This document shows, in pieces, positions 8,647 to 17,395 of a stretch of 51,779 nt of DNA (within the stretch, counting starts at the first letter, position 1; every line of letters starts with the position of its first letter). Below the pieces are notes generated by a model. The model was not told the DNA's origin. It made no database searches and saw only the letters and a list, made by a program, of their open reading frames with translations. The position numbers and the translations under genes were made by a program. The stretch lies in contig JAJYMS010000111.1 in assembly GCA_021786825.1 (NCBI GenBank), positions 1 to 51,779 on the forward strand, given 5' to 3'. The stretch comes from Bacillota bacterium (GTDB lineage: Bacteria > Bacillota > Sulfobacillia > JAMDAP01 > JAJYMS01).

Positions 8647-9843
8647 ATGCAAGCGCCTGACGATAATTTGAATCAGCCTGGGGTCCCGCGGCTGCGGACG
8701 CGCGTCAGGTGGCTCACCCCGGTGGTGGCCGCCGTGGTCCTGCTCAGCCTGGCCCTGCCGGGCGACCGGCCGGGGGCGGCCGACCCGTCGTCTCCCGCCC
8801 CGCGTTCCTTCAGCCTGCCAGAGGCGATCGACCTGGCCATGGCCCAGAATCCGTCCATCGTGCGGGCCGGCCTGGCCGCCGACAAGGCGGCCATCCAGGC
8901 CGCCACCGCCGAGCGGCGCTACGAGGACGCCAGCGTCCACGACTTCACCTCGCGGATGCCTCTCGGCCCGGACCCGATGGACCAGAACACGGTGACGATG
9001 CTCAAGAGCCAGGCCGAGACGGGGCTGTCGCTGGCCCAGGCGGGGCGGCAACTGGTTGGCCAGGCGCTCCGGATGCAGGTCCAGCGCGCCTACCTGGAGG
9101 CGCGGAAGGCGCGGGAGGGGGAGAAGATCGCCCAGGCTGACCAGGCGCGGGCCGAGGCGCAGTTCAAGGTCGCTCAGGCCCGATTGGACGCCGGCATGGC
9201 GCCCAGGAGCGAGGTGCTGAACGCCCAGGCCCGCCTCACCATGGCCCGGGCCGCCGCGGCCCGGGCGGGGCGGCTGCGGAAGATGGCCGACATCACCCTG
9301 CGGCAGGTCGTGGGCCTGGACCAACATACGCCGCTGGTGCTGACCACCTCCTTCGGCCGGGGCGCGGTCAGCGCGGTGGCGGGGGTGGACCTGGAGGCCA
9401 AGATCAGCCAGGCCCTGGCGCAGCGCTTTGACGTCCTGCAAGCCCGGGACGCCCTGCAGTTGCAGCAGACCAACTTCCAGCTCATCGACCGTCGCTACCT
9501 CTCGCAGACGGACGTCTGGAAGCTGGCGGACCTGGACGTGCGCGACGCCCAAGCCCACCTGGCGGAGGTTCAGTCGCAGGTCGACGCCCAGGTGCGGCAG
9601 GCCCACCTGCGCCTCCAGATGTACGAGGAGCAGTTGCAGGCTTTCGACCAGGGCCTCGAGGCCGCCCGCGAGGGGGTCCGGCTGGCCACCGCCAGTTACG
9701 GGGTGGGGCTGGCCACGCCGGCCGACGTGACCAACGCGGAGACCGCGCTCACCCAACTGGAGGCGCAGTCGCTGCAAACCCTCTTCGACTACAACCTGGC
9801 TCGCCTGGACTTCGACACCGCGACCGGGGAGGGACTCAAGTAA
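8647..9843 (+). CDS. TolC-family (OEP) protein, apparently all-helical
   Basis: Signal peptide; FSLPEAIDLAMAQNP; two repeats ending RLDAGMAPRSEVLNAQ and SYGVGLATPADVTNAE; C-terminal YNLARLDFDTATG. Confidence 0.85.
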   Translation: MQAPDDNLNQPGVPRLRTRVRWLTPVVAAVVLLSLALPGDRPGAADPSSPAPRSFSLPEAIDLAMAQNPSIVRAGLAADKAAIQAATAERRYEDASVHDFTSRMPLGPDPMDQNTVTMLKSQAETGLSLAQAGRQLVGQALRMQVQRAYLEARKAREGEKIAQADQARAEAQFKVAQARLDAGMAPRSEVLNAQARLTMARAAAARAGRLRKMADITLRQVVGLDQHTPLVLTTSFGRGAVSAVAGVDLEAKISQALAQRFDVLQARDALQLQQTNFQLIDRRYLSQTDVWKLADLDVRDAQAHLAEVQSQVDAQVRQAHLRLQMYEEQLQAFDQGLEAAREGVRLATASYGVGLATPADVTNAETALTQLEAQSLQTLFDYNLARLDFDTATGEGLK

Positions 9844-10755
9844 ATGAAGGTGCTGGTGATGGGCAGCGGGGCGGTGGGCGGCTACTTCGGCGCCAACCTG
9901 GCGCGCGCCGGGGAGGACGTCTACTTTGTCGCCCGCGGCCCCCAGCTTGAGGCGCTGCGGCGCGGCGGGCTGCGGATCAACAGCGCCGCGCGGGGGGACT
10001 TCACGGTGTCCACCCGCGCCGGGACCACCGCCGAGGCGGCGCAGGCAGGCCCCTACGACTTGGTGCTCTTCGCGACCAAGAGCTACGACACCGAGGCCGC
10101 GGCGGCCCAGATCCTTCCCGCCCTGGGCCCCGGGACGGTGGTCCTTTCCTTACAAAACGGCGTCAACAACGAAGCGGTCCTGGGGCGGATCCTCGGCAAT
10201 CAGCGGGTGATGGGGGGCGTGGCCTACGTCGAGGCCGCCCTCATTGAACCGGGCGTCATCCGGCACTCCTCGGCGGGGCGGGTGATCGTCGGGGAAATGG
10301 ACGGGAGCCTCACCTCGCGTGTCCAGGCCGTCTGCGACCTCTTCGCCCGCGCCGCGGTTCCCTGCGAACGCTCGCCCGACATCGCGGCGGCCAAGTGGGA
10401 GAAGCTCCTGTTCAACTGCGCCCTTAACCCCATGACGGCCCTCGCCCGCCAGGGGATCGCCTCCATCGTGGCGATTCCCGAGGGGCGTGACACCTGCCGG
10501 CGGGTAATGGAGGAAGTCCGTGAAGTCGCCCGGGCGGCCGGGGTGGCCCTGCCCGAGGACGCCGTCCAGCGGCTGCTGGCTTTCGCGGCTAGCCGGGACA
10601 TGCACAGCTCCATGGAGTACGACCTGCTCCATGGCCGCCGGCTGGAGCTGGAGGCGTTGAACGGGGTCATTCTGCGCCTGGGCCGCCGCCATGGCGTCCA
10701 GACCCCGGTGAACGAGGCCCTCTACGCCCTGCTGAGGGCCATCGCCCCAGGCTGA
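9844..10755 (+). CDS. panE: Ketopantoate reductase family protein (ApbA/PanE)
   Basis: GSGAVGGYFG, ATKSYD, LQNGV, KWEKLLFN, SSMEYDL..GRRLELEALNG. Confidence 0.9.
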   Translation: MKVLVMGSGAVGGYFGANLARAGEDVYFVARGPQLEALRRGGLRINSAARGDFTVSTRAGTTAEAAQAGPYDLVLFATKSYDTEAAAAQILPALGPGTVVLSLQNGVNNEAVLGRILGNQRVMGGVAYVEAALIEPGVIRHSSAGRVIVGEMDGSLTSRVQAVCDLFARAAVPCERSPDIAAAKWEKLLFNCALNPMTALARQGIASIVAIPEGRDTCRRVMEEVREVARAAGVALPEDAVQRLLAFAASRDMHSSMEYDLLHGRRLELEALNGVILRLGRRHGVQTPVNEALYALLRAIAPG

Positions 10756-10774
10756 TGGCCGCGCCGGGGCCTGT

Positions 10775-11533
10775 TCACATCACCAGCCCTCCGTTGGGGC
10801 TCCACACCTGCCCGGTGATGTAGCCCGCCTGGGGGGAGGCCAGAAACGCCACCGCCTCCGCGATCTCCTCGGGCCGTCCGAGGCGTCCCAGGGGGATCTC
10901 CCGGGCCAGGGCGTCAACCTCGTCGGCGGTGAGGCTGGCGAGCATCTCCGTGCCGACCGCTCCGGGGGCGACGGCGTTGACGGTGATCCCGGCGGGACCG
11001 ACCTCCCGGGCCAGGGCCCGGGTAAAGCCGATGATCCCGGCCTTCGCCGCCGAGTAAGCCACCTCGCAGGCCGCTCCGGTGAGCCCCCAGATGGAAGAAA
11101 CGTTAATGATCCGCCCCTGCCGGCGGCTGAGCATCCCCGGCAGGATCGCCTGGCAACAGTTGAAGGCCCCCTTGAGGTGGACCGCCATGAGGCGGTCCCA
11201 TGCCGTTTCAGGGAGGTCGGTGAGGAGGCCGTAGGAGGAGATCCCGGCGTTGTTTACAAGGATATCAGGCGGGCCGAGGCGCCTGGTGACCTCGGCGACC
11301 ATTCCCTGCACCGCTCCGGGGTCGGCCACGTCCGCCGGCCAGGTCAGGGCCGCGGCTCCGAGGCAGCGCAGTTCCGCTTCGACCTCGGTGGCCGCCTCGG
11401 CTCGCCGGAGGTAGTTTACGGCAACCCGCGCCCCGGACCGCCCCAAGGCCAGGGCGACCGCCCGCCCGATTCCCCGGGAGGCGCCGGTGACGAGGGCGAC
11501 CTTCCCTTCCAGCAGCTTCTGTTTGGGCATCAT
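10775..11533 (-). CDS. ymfI: SDR oxidoreductase, YmfI-type (EF-P 5-aminopentanone reductase / FabG-like)
   Basis: TGASRGIG, NNAG, SSIWGLTGAACEVAYSAAK and SPNGG are typical of the YmfI subfamily. Confidence 0.75.
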   Translation of the reverse strand: MMPKQKLLEGKVALVTGASRGIGRAVALALGRSGARVAVNYLRRAEAATEVEAELRCLGAAALTWPADVADPGAVQGMVAEVTRRLGPPDILVNNAGISSYGLLTDLPETAWDRLMAVHLKGAFNCCQAILPGMLSRRQGRIINVSSIWGLTGAACEVAYSAAKAGIIGFTRALAREVGPAGITVNAVAPGAVGTEMLASLTADEVDALAREIPLGRLGRPEEIAEAVAFLASPQAGYITGQVWSPNGGLVM

Positions 11534-11620
11534 AACCCCGACATTCTGCGGCCGGGGGCCTTCTTCCTGTAGGCTTCCACCCGGCGGGGGGTAAAACAAT
11601 TAAATAAAACAAAAACCATC

Positions 11621-11650
11621 TTTACAATGATAATGATTGTATGTTATATT
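11621..11650 (+). promoter_or_regulatory. SigA promoter of sod overlapped by a Fur/PerR-type box
   Basis: TTTACA-N18-TATATT with TG extension; palindrome TACAAT-GATAATG-ATTGTA at 11623-11641; AT-rich UP-like tract upstream. Confidence 0.65.
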
Positions 11651-11690
11651 GCAGACGAGGCAAACGCCCAAAAAAAGGAGGTCTGTGAGC

Positions 11691-12293
11691 ATGTCCCACA
11701 TCGCCAGGGAACTGAAGCCGGCCGGGGAACTCCGGGCTATTTCCAAGCGTCAGATCGAAGAGCACCACGACGTTCTTTACCGGGGCTACGTCAACAAGCT
11801 CAACGAAATCGAAGCTAAGCTGGCGGAAGCCAACCCGGCGGAAGGGAACCCAACCTACAGCCTGATTCGGGAGTTGAAGAAGGAAGAGGTCTTCGCCACC
11901 AACGCCCTCCGCCTGCACGAGGGCTATTTCGAAAACCTTGCCCCCGGGGGGCAGCGACCCGCCGGAGCGGCCCTGGAACTGATCATCCAGGACTTCGGGG
12001 GGTACGACGCCTGGGAGGCGGAGTTCAAGGGGATGGGCATGGCCGCGCGGGGGTGGGTGGTGCTCGCCTTCGACTGGAACGACCGGCGGCTGCACAACTA
12101 CCTGTCGGACATTCACTCGGACGGGGTGTGGAACGCGTCACCCCTGCTGATCCTGGACGTCTACGAGCACGCTTACATGATCGACCACGGCACGGCCCGC
12201 AAGGCCTACCTGGAGGCGTTCCTGCAGAACATCAACTGGGAGGCGGTGAACCGGCGGACCGAAAGCCTGCGGCTGCTGAATCACCGGCCATAG
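11691..12293 (+). CDS. sod: Fe/Mn superoxide dismutase
   Basis: HH...Y.GYVNKLN, LHEGYF, GWVVL, LDVYEHAY; RBS AGGAGG. Confidence 0.9.
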   Translation: MSHIARELKPAGELRAISKRQIEEHHDVLYRGYVNKLNEIEAKLAEANPAEGNPTYSLIRELKKEEVFATNALRLHEGYFENLAPGGQRPAGAALELIIQDFGGYDAWEAEFKGMGMAARGWVVLAFDWNDRRLHNYLSDIHSDGVWNASPLLILDVYEHAYMIDHGTARKAYLEAFLQNINWEAVNRRTESLRLLNHRP

Positions 12294-12318
12294 ACCCGGA
12301 GCATTGGAAGCTTGCCGC

Positions 12319-12356
12319 TCCCGCCGTAAGGGCCGCCCAACCGTGGCGGCCCGGCG
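12319..12356. terminator. Hairpin between convergent sod and DUF1540 genes
   Basis: GGGCCGCC-N7-GGCGGCCC inverted repeat; no U tract. Confidence 0.4.
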
Positions 12357-12602
12357 TCATTGGGGGGCTCCGTGGCCCGGGTGGTGCCCGGCCTGGTCGA
12401 GAACGTCGCGCGCCGCGGCGGGCCGGTGCTCGGACGGGTCGAGGCGGTGATGGGCCTCTTCTTCCGGCTGGAAGCTCATGCAGTTGACCGCTTCGGTGGA
12501 GTGGGCCAGGCCGTCGTGGGCGGCGACCCGGATCGTCTCGCGGCCGCAGATCTCGCTCTCGTTGTGGAAACAGTTGGTGACGTTGCAAAAGACCTTGGAC
12601 AT
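12357..12602 (-). CDS. DUF1540 domain protein
   Basis: VFCNVTNCFHN...C....I.V...CMSF; RBS GGAGGTG. Confidence 0.85.
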   Translation of the reverse strand: MSKVFCNVTNCFHNESEICGRETIRVAAHDGLAHSTEAVNCMSFQPEEEAHHRLDPSEHRPAAARDVLDQAGHHPGHGAPQ

Positions 12603-12623
12603 GACGCGCACCTCCGCACCGGT

Positions 12624-12653
12624 TAGTATCAGGTTGGACGCAACCGGTTATGC
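12624..12653 (-). promoter_or_regulatory. SigG/SigF-like forespore promoter
   Basis: Minus strand GCATA-N18-GATACTA versus SigG GnATA-N18-CATACTA. Confidence 0.6.
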
Positions 12654-12772
12654 TCTCTTCTGATTCTTCTTGATAAGGCGAGCGGGCCGGAGCGAAGAGG
12701 ATTCCGTTTAATCGTGTGGAATGTGTACGGTTGGGAGCGTTCGTCAATATTACTGGGAAGGAGGGATACGGT

Positions 12773-13063
12773 TTGGCTCTCAAGATCACTGAGGAGTGCA
12801 TCGCCTGCGGCGCCTGCGAGCCGGAATGCCCCAACGAGGCCATCGCCGCCGGGGATCCTATCTATTTGATCGATCCCGATAAGTGCACTGAGTGCCTGGG
12901 CTATTACGACGATCAGCAGTGCCAGGCGGTGTGCCCGGTGGCGTGCTGCCCGCCGGACCCGGATCACCCGGAGAGCAAGGACGACCTGCTGAAGAAGTTT
13001 CATGCCCTGCACCCCGGCGAGGAGCCGAAAAACGTGGACACCTGGAAGGCCCCGGAGGCCTAG
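12773..13063 (+). CDS. YfhL-type 2x[4Fe-4S] ferredoxin
   Basis: CIACGACEPECPN and CTECLGYYDDQQCQAVCPVACC; RBS AAGGAGG with TTG start. Confidence 0.92.
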   Translation: MALKITEECIACGACEPECPNEAIAAGDPIYLIDPDKCTECLGYYDDQQCQAVCPVACCPPDPDHPESKDDLLKKFHALHPGEEPKNVDTWKAPEA

Positions 13064-13109
13064 GACGGGACCAGGTGCTTCTGCAAGACAGGATAGGATT
13101 TTGAGGCGA

Positions 13110-13138
13110 AGCGAGGGTGGCCATCGGCCACCCTCGCT
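13110..13138 (+). terminator. Perfect 13-bp hairpin after the ferredoxin gene
   Basis: AGCGAGGGTGGCC-ATC-GGCCACCCTCGCT; weak U tract. Confidence 0.6.
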
Positions 13139-13161
13139 CTGTGTGGCCCGGTGGAAGGTCC

Positions 13162-13196
13162 GGCAGTCTTTGCGCCCCGGAAGCGCAGAATTTGCG
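13162..13196. promoter_or_regulatory. Tandem enhancer-like boxes (GCA-N5-TGC) upstream of the sigma54 promoter
   Basis: GGCAGTCTTTGCG (13162) and CGCAGAATTTGCG (13184), 22 bp apart. Confidence 0.5.
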
Positions 13197-13247
13197 GGAC
13201 CCCGGAGGGCTTGATTCGGTCGGGTGGCCTCCTCAGGTCCGGGAGGC

Positions 13248-13263
13248 TGGCACGCGTCTTGCT
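13248..13263 (+). promoter_or_regulatory. Sigma54 (SigL) -24/-12 promoter of the pil operon
   Basis: TGGCACGCGTCTTGCT fits TGGCACG-N4-TTGCW exactly, 43 bp before the pilB ATG. Confidence 0.8.
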
Positions 13264-13305
13264 AGACAAGATTGGCCGGAAGAAGAGTCGGGGCAGGGCG
13301 GTGGA

Positions 13306-14982
13306 ATGATGGAACTGCCCAAGAAGCGGTTGGGCAATGTGCTGGTGGAAGCGGGGTTAATAACCCCCGAACAGTTGGCCCAGGCCTTGGAACTGCAGGA
13401 GGCAGCCGGGGTGCGGCTGGGCCAGGTACTGGTTGCCCGGGGGTTGGTCAACGACATCGATGTGGCCAAGACCGTTGCCGCCCAGATGGGTTTGTCGTTC
13501 ATTCCGGACGCCGAACTGCGGCCGGATCCCGCCGTGGCCCGGCTGATCCCGGAGAGCCTGGCGCGGCGCTTCCTGGTGTTGCCCCTGGAGGAGCGGGGAG
13601 ACCGGTTGGTCCTGGGGATGGTGGATCCCTTCAATGTTTTTGCCGCCGACGAGGTGCGAAAAATCGTCGGCCGTGAGATAACTCCGGTGGTGGTCACCGA
13701 GCGCGGCCTGAACAAGGCTGTACAGCAGGTTTACTACCTTGAGGGCCTGCCCGACGCCCCTCCTCCGGCCCGGGTCGAGAAAAAACCGGGCTACCGGGTT
13801 CGGGAGGCCGCGGAAGACGCCCCGACGGTCCGGCTGGCGAACAGCATTATCCAGCGGGCCATCGACGAACGAGCCAGTGACATCCACGTCGAGCCCCAGG
13901 CAAACGGGCTCCGGATCCGTTACCGCATCGACGGCGTCTTGCAGGAAGCCCTGGCGCTGCCCGAGGCGGCCCACGCGACCCTGGTGTCCAGGTTGAAGAT
14001 CATGGCCGCCATGGACATCTCCGAACGCCGCCTGCCGCAGGATGGGCGCATTCAGATCAAGGAATCCGACCGTGAGGTGGACCTGCGGGTCTCGACGCTC
14101 CCGACCATCCATGGAGAGAAGGTCGTCATTCGCGTGCTCGACAAGACGCGGGGCGTCATGCAACTTGCCCAGTTGGGCTTTACGCCTCAAACCCTGGAGC
14201 GCTACCTGGCCGCCATCAAGCAGCCCCACGGCACCGTGCTGGTCACGGGTCCCACCGGCAGCGGTAAAACCACCACGTTGATGGCCACGTTACAAGAGTT
14301 GAACTCCCCCGGGAAGAACATCATCACCGTCGAGGACCCGGTCGAGTACTACATCCCCGGCGTGAACCACGTGCAAATCAACCCCAAAGCCGGCCTCGGT
14401 TTTGCCAGCGGCCTGCGGGCCATCTTGCGGCAGGACCCCAACATCATCATGGTAGGCGAGATCCGCGACCGCGAGACGGCTGAAATCGCCATTCGCGCCG
14501 CGCTCACCGGCCACCTGGTTTTTTCCACCATTCACACCAACGACGCCGCGGGAGCCCTCAACCGGCTCGTCGACATGGGGGTGGAACCTTTTCTGGTGGC
14601 TTCCTCGGTCAATGCCATTCTGTCCCAGCGGCTGGTGCGGTTGCTCTGCCCGCGCTGCAAGGAGCCCTACGTACTGGCCCCCGGCGCGGCCGAGCGGGCT
14701 GGGCTGGGGCTGCCGGACCACCCCATCCGGCTCTTCCGGGCGGCGGGGTGCCCCGCCTGCAACAACACCGGCTACTCCGGCCGCGTCGGGCTGTTTGAGA
14801 TCTTGACCGTGACGCCCGCGATTCGCGGCCTGGTCACGCAGAAAGCGGTCGCCGGCGTCATCGCCGGCCAGGCGGTGGCCGAGGGCATGCGGCCTCTCCT
14901 GGAAGACAGCGTCGACAAGGCGATACGCGGCCTCACCACCCTGGAGGAAGTGCTGCGGGTGGGTTTTGCGGAGAAGTACTGA
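13306..14982 (+). CDS. pilB: Type IV pilus assembly ATPase PilB with MshEN domain
   Basis: Tandem RLG..LV..GL motifs, ASDIHVEP, GPTGSGKTTT, LRQDPNIIMVGEIRD, two CxxC motifs. Confidence 0.95.
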   Translation: MMELPKKRLGNVLVEAGLITPEQLAQALELQEAAGVRLGQVLVARGLVNDIDVAKTVAAQMGLSFIPDAELRPDPAVARLIPESLARRFLVLPLEERGDRLVLGMVDPFNVFAADEVRKIVGREITPVVVTERGLNKAVQQVYYLEGLPDAPPPARVEKKPGYRVREAAEDAPTVRLANSIIQRAIDERASDIHVEPQANGLRIRYRIDGVLQEALALPEAAHATLVSRLKIMAAMDISERRLPQDGRIQIKESDREVDLRVSTLPTIHGEKVVIRVLDKTRGVMQLAQLGFTPQTLERYLAAIKQPHGTVLVTGPTGSGKTTTLMATLQELNSPGKNIITVEDPVEYYIPGVNHVQINPKAGLGFASGLRAILRQDPNIIMVGEIRDRETAEIAIRAALTGHLVFSTIHTNDAAGALNRLVDMGVEPFLVASSVNAILSQRLVRLLCPRCKEPYVLAPGAAERAGLGLPDHPIRLFRAAGCPACNNTGYSGRVGLFEILTVTPAIRGLVTQKAVAGVIAGQAVAEGMRPLLEDSVDKAIRGLTTLEEVLRVGFAEKY

Positions 14983-15002
14983 CAACCAGGAAGGTGGCAC
15001 CC

Positions 15003-16034
15003 GTGGAGATCCTTGAACTGCTCAGGCTGGCCGGCGAAGCCGGCGCCTCGGACCTGCACCTCACCGTCGATCTGCCGCCCGTGCAGCGGCTAAACGGCGA
15101 ACTGGTCACCCTGGCCCTGCCCCCGCTCACCGCCCGGGAGATCGCGCAGGCCCTGGAGACGATGTTACCCGACGAGGCTCAGGGCCGAAAGGTCCAGGAA
15201 ACGGGCGACCTGGATTTCGCCTTCGGGGTTGGTGGGCTGGGGCGCTTCCGCGTCAACGCCTTCCGGCAGCGGGGCAGCCTCTCCCTGGCGATTCGCGTGA
15301 TCCCTCACCAGGTACCGTCGTTGAGCCAACTGGGGGTGCCGGAGATCGTACCCGCCCTGGCGTTGAGCGGGCGCGGGCTGGTCCTGGTCACCGGTCCCAC
15401 CGGCAGCGGCAAGTCCACCACCCTGGCGGCCATGGTGGAGGAGATCAACCAGCGGCGGAGCTGCCACGTGGTGACCCTGGAAGATCCGGTCGAGTACCTG
15501 CACAAGCACGGGCTGAGCGTTATTCACCAGCGGGAGATCGGCATCGACAGCCTGAGCTTTGCCGGGGCGCTGCGGGCGGCTCTGCGCCAGGATCCAGACG
15601 TGATCCTCCTGGGTGAGATGCGCGATTACGAAACCATTTCTACCGCGATCACGGCCGCCGAGACCGGGCACCTGGTGCTGGCCACGCTGCACACGGCCGA
15701 CGCCGCCGGAACCGTGGACCGGCTCATCGATGCCTTCCCTCCCCACCAGCAGGGACAGACGCGCGGCCAATTGGCGGCGGTGCTGCAGGGGGTTATCGCC
15801 CAGCGGCTCCTCGCGCGCCGTGATGGGCGGGGGCGTGTCGCGGCGCTGGAGGTACTGGTGGGGACCCCGGCGGTGCGAAACCTGATCCGGGAAGGTAAGA
15901 CGCACCAGTTGCCTTCGGCTATCCAGACCGGGGCCAAGTACGGAATGCGCACTATGGAACAGTCCTTGCAAGACCTGGTGGCACAGGGGATCATCGGTGA
16001 AGCCGAAACCGTACCCCAAAGGCCGGTGTATTGA
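15003..16034 (+). CDS. pilT: Type IV pilus retraction ATPase PilT
   Basis: ASDLHL, GPTGSGKSTT, AAETGHLVLATLHT, AVRNLIRE. Alternative start 14994. Confidence 0.95.
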   Translation: MEILELLRLAGEAGASDLHLTVDLPPVQRLNGELVTLALPPLTAREIAQALETMLPDEAQGRKVQETGDLDFAFGVGGLGRFRVNAFRQRGSLSLAIRVIPHQVPSLSQLGVPEIVPALALSGRGLVLVTGPTGSGKSTTLAAMVEEINQRRSCHVVTLEDPVEYLHKHGLSVIHQREIGIDSLSFAGALRAALRQDPDVILLGEMRDYETISTAITAAETGHLVLATLHTADAAGTVDRLIDAFPPHQQGQTRGQLAAVLQGVIAQRLLARRDGRGRVAALEVLVGTPAVRNLIREGKTHQLPSAIQTGAKYGMRTMEQSLQDLVAQGIIGEAETVPQRPVY

Positions 16035-16050
16035 CTTGGGGGGAGCATAC

Positions 16051-17268
16051 TTGCCAAGGTTCTCCTTCGATGCCCGGGACGCCGCCGGGAAGGCCGTGAG
16101 GGGCCTGATCCAGGCTGAGGACCGGCGCGAGGCGGCGGAGGTGCTGCGTGCCCGGGGGCTGGCAATTATTTCCGTCGAACTCAACAAGGATATCACCTAT
16201 CTCCTGGAGGATCAGCGGTCTCACGGGGGGCGGGTCCCGCTGCGCGATCTGGCCGTCTTCTGCCGCCAGTTCGCCACCTTGCTGGGGGCCGGCGTGCCGG
16301 TCATCGATGGCTTGCGCACGATCGCCCGCTCGGGCAGGGGGAGGCGGCTGGGCCAACTGCTGGCACGAACGGTGAAGGACCTGGATAGCGGCGAGCCCCT
16401 GAGCCGGGCTCTCGAACGCCAGGGTTCGGATCTGCCGCCGGTCATGGCGCACATGGCTGCCGCCGGCGAGGTGGGCGGGGTGCTCGAAGAGGTCTTCGCC
16501 CGGCTGGCCGACCAGTTCGAGCGACAGGACACCGTGGTCCAGAAGGTCCGTTCGGCCCTGACCTATCCGGCGGCGGTGCTGGGGATGGCGCTCCTGATCG
16601 TGACCTTTCTGGTCGCGGTGGTGGTTCCCAGCTTTGCCGCCATGTACAACCAGTCGGGGACCCCACTCCCGTGGCCGACGCGCCTGTTGCTGAGTCTCAG
16701 CCACTTCCTGCGGGCCTATTGGTACGTGATCGCGGTTGGGTCGGCGGGCGGCCTATGGGGTCTGGGGCGATCTTACCGCGGCCAGCGGGGCCGGCAACTG
16801 GTGGACCGGTTATTGCTGCGGCTGCCCCTCTTCGGGCCGCTGCTCCTGAGACAAGCCTTGGCCCTGTTTTCGCGCACCCTGGCAACCCTCCTGCGGGGTG
16901 GCATCCCCATTCTGACAGCCTTGTCGGTCGCCGGGCAGGCCGCGGGGAACACCGCCCTGGTCCCGGCCCTGGAGGAGGCCCAGGCGGCGGTTCGGGACGG
17001 CCAGAGCATCATCGGGCCGCTGCGCAGGAGCCGCCTCTTTCCGGAGATGATGCTGGAGATGATGGTCATCGGCGAGGAGTCCGGGGCCACCGACGCCCTG
17101 TTGGCCAAGGTCGCCGATTACTACGAGCGGGAGGTCAACGCCACCGTGGACCGCCTGACCTCGCTGATGGAGCCCGCCATCGTACTGGTCCTGGGGGTAA
17201 TCGTCGGATTCATCGTCCTCGCCCTGGTGCTCCCCATGTTCGATTCCTGGCAGTTGATTGGGAAATAG
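16051..17268 (+). CDS. pilC: Type IV pilus platform protein PilC (GspF family)
   Basis: FCRQFATLLGAGVP, ALTYP, GEESG, LMEP..LPMF. Confidence 0.95.
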   Translation: MPRFSFDARDAAGKAVRGLIQAEDRREAAEVLRARGLAIISVELNKDITYLLEDQRSHGGRVPLRDLAVFCRQFATLLGAGVPVIDGLRTIARSGRGRRLGQLLARTVKDLDSGEPLSRALERQGSDLPPVMAHMAAAGEVGGVLEEVFARLADQFERQDTVVQKVRSALTYPAAVLGMALLIVTFLVAVVVPSFAAMYNQSGTPLPWPTRLLLSLSHFLRAYWYVIAVGSAGGLWGLGRSYRGQRGRQLVDRLLLRLPLFGPLLLRQALALFSRTLATLLRGGIPILTALSVAGQAAGNTALVPALEEAQAAVRDGQSIIGPLRRSRLFPEMMLEMMVIGEESGATDALLAKVADYYEREVNATVDRLTSLMEPAIVLVLGVIVGFIVLALVLPMFDSWQLIGK

Positions 17269-17324
17269 AGGCAGGAGATGGCGGCAGGAGATCACCCCAA
17301 ACCTCGGCACAGATTGGCAAGATA

Positions 17325-17353
17325 TTGACAAAAAGACAAACTTAGCTTAACAT
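17325..17353 (+). promoter_or_regulatory. Internal SigA promoter for the major pilin
   Basis: TTGACA-N17-TAACAT in an AT-rich gap between pilC and the pilin gene. Confidence 0.7.
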
Positions 17354-17395
17354 AATTATTACCAACGAAAAAGCAAAAAATGGAGGCTGAAAGCA

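Noticed and set aside
13064-13305. c-di-GMP riboswitch upstream of pilB
   Set aside because: No GEMM-like motif recognised; the hairpin and sigma54 elements account for the region.
17304-17320. GGCAC...TGGCA before the pilin as a sigma54 promoter
   Set aside because: GG to GC spacing is 9 rather than 10; a SigA promoter explains the region.
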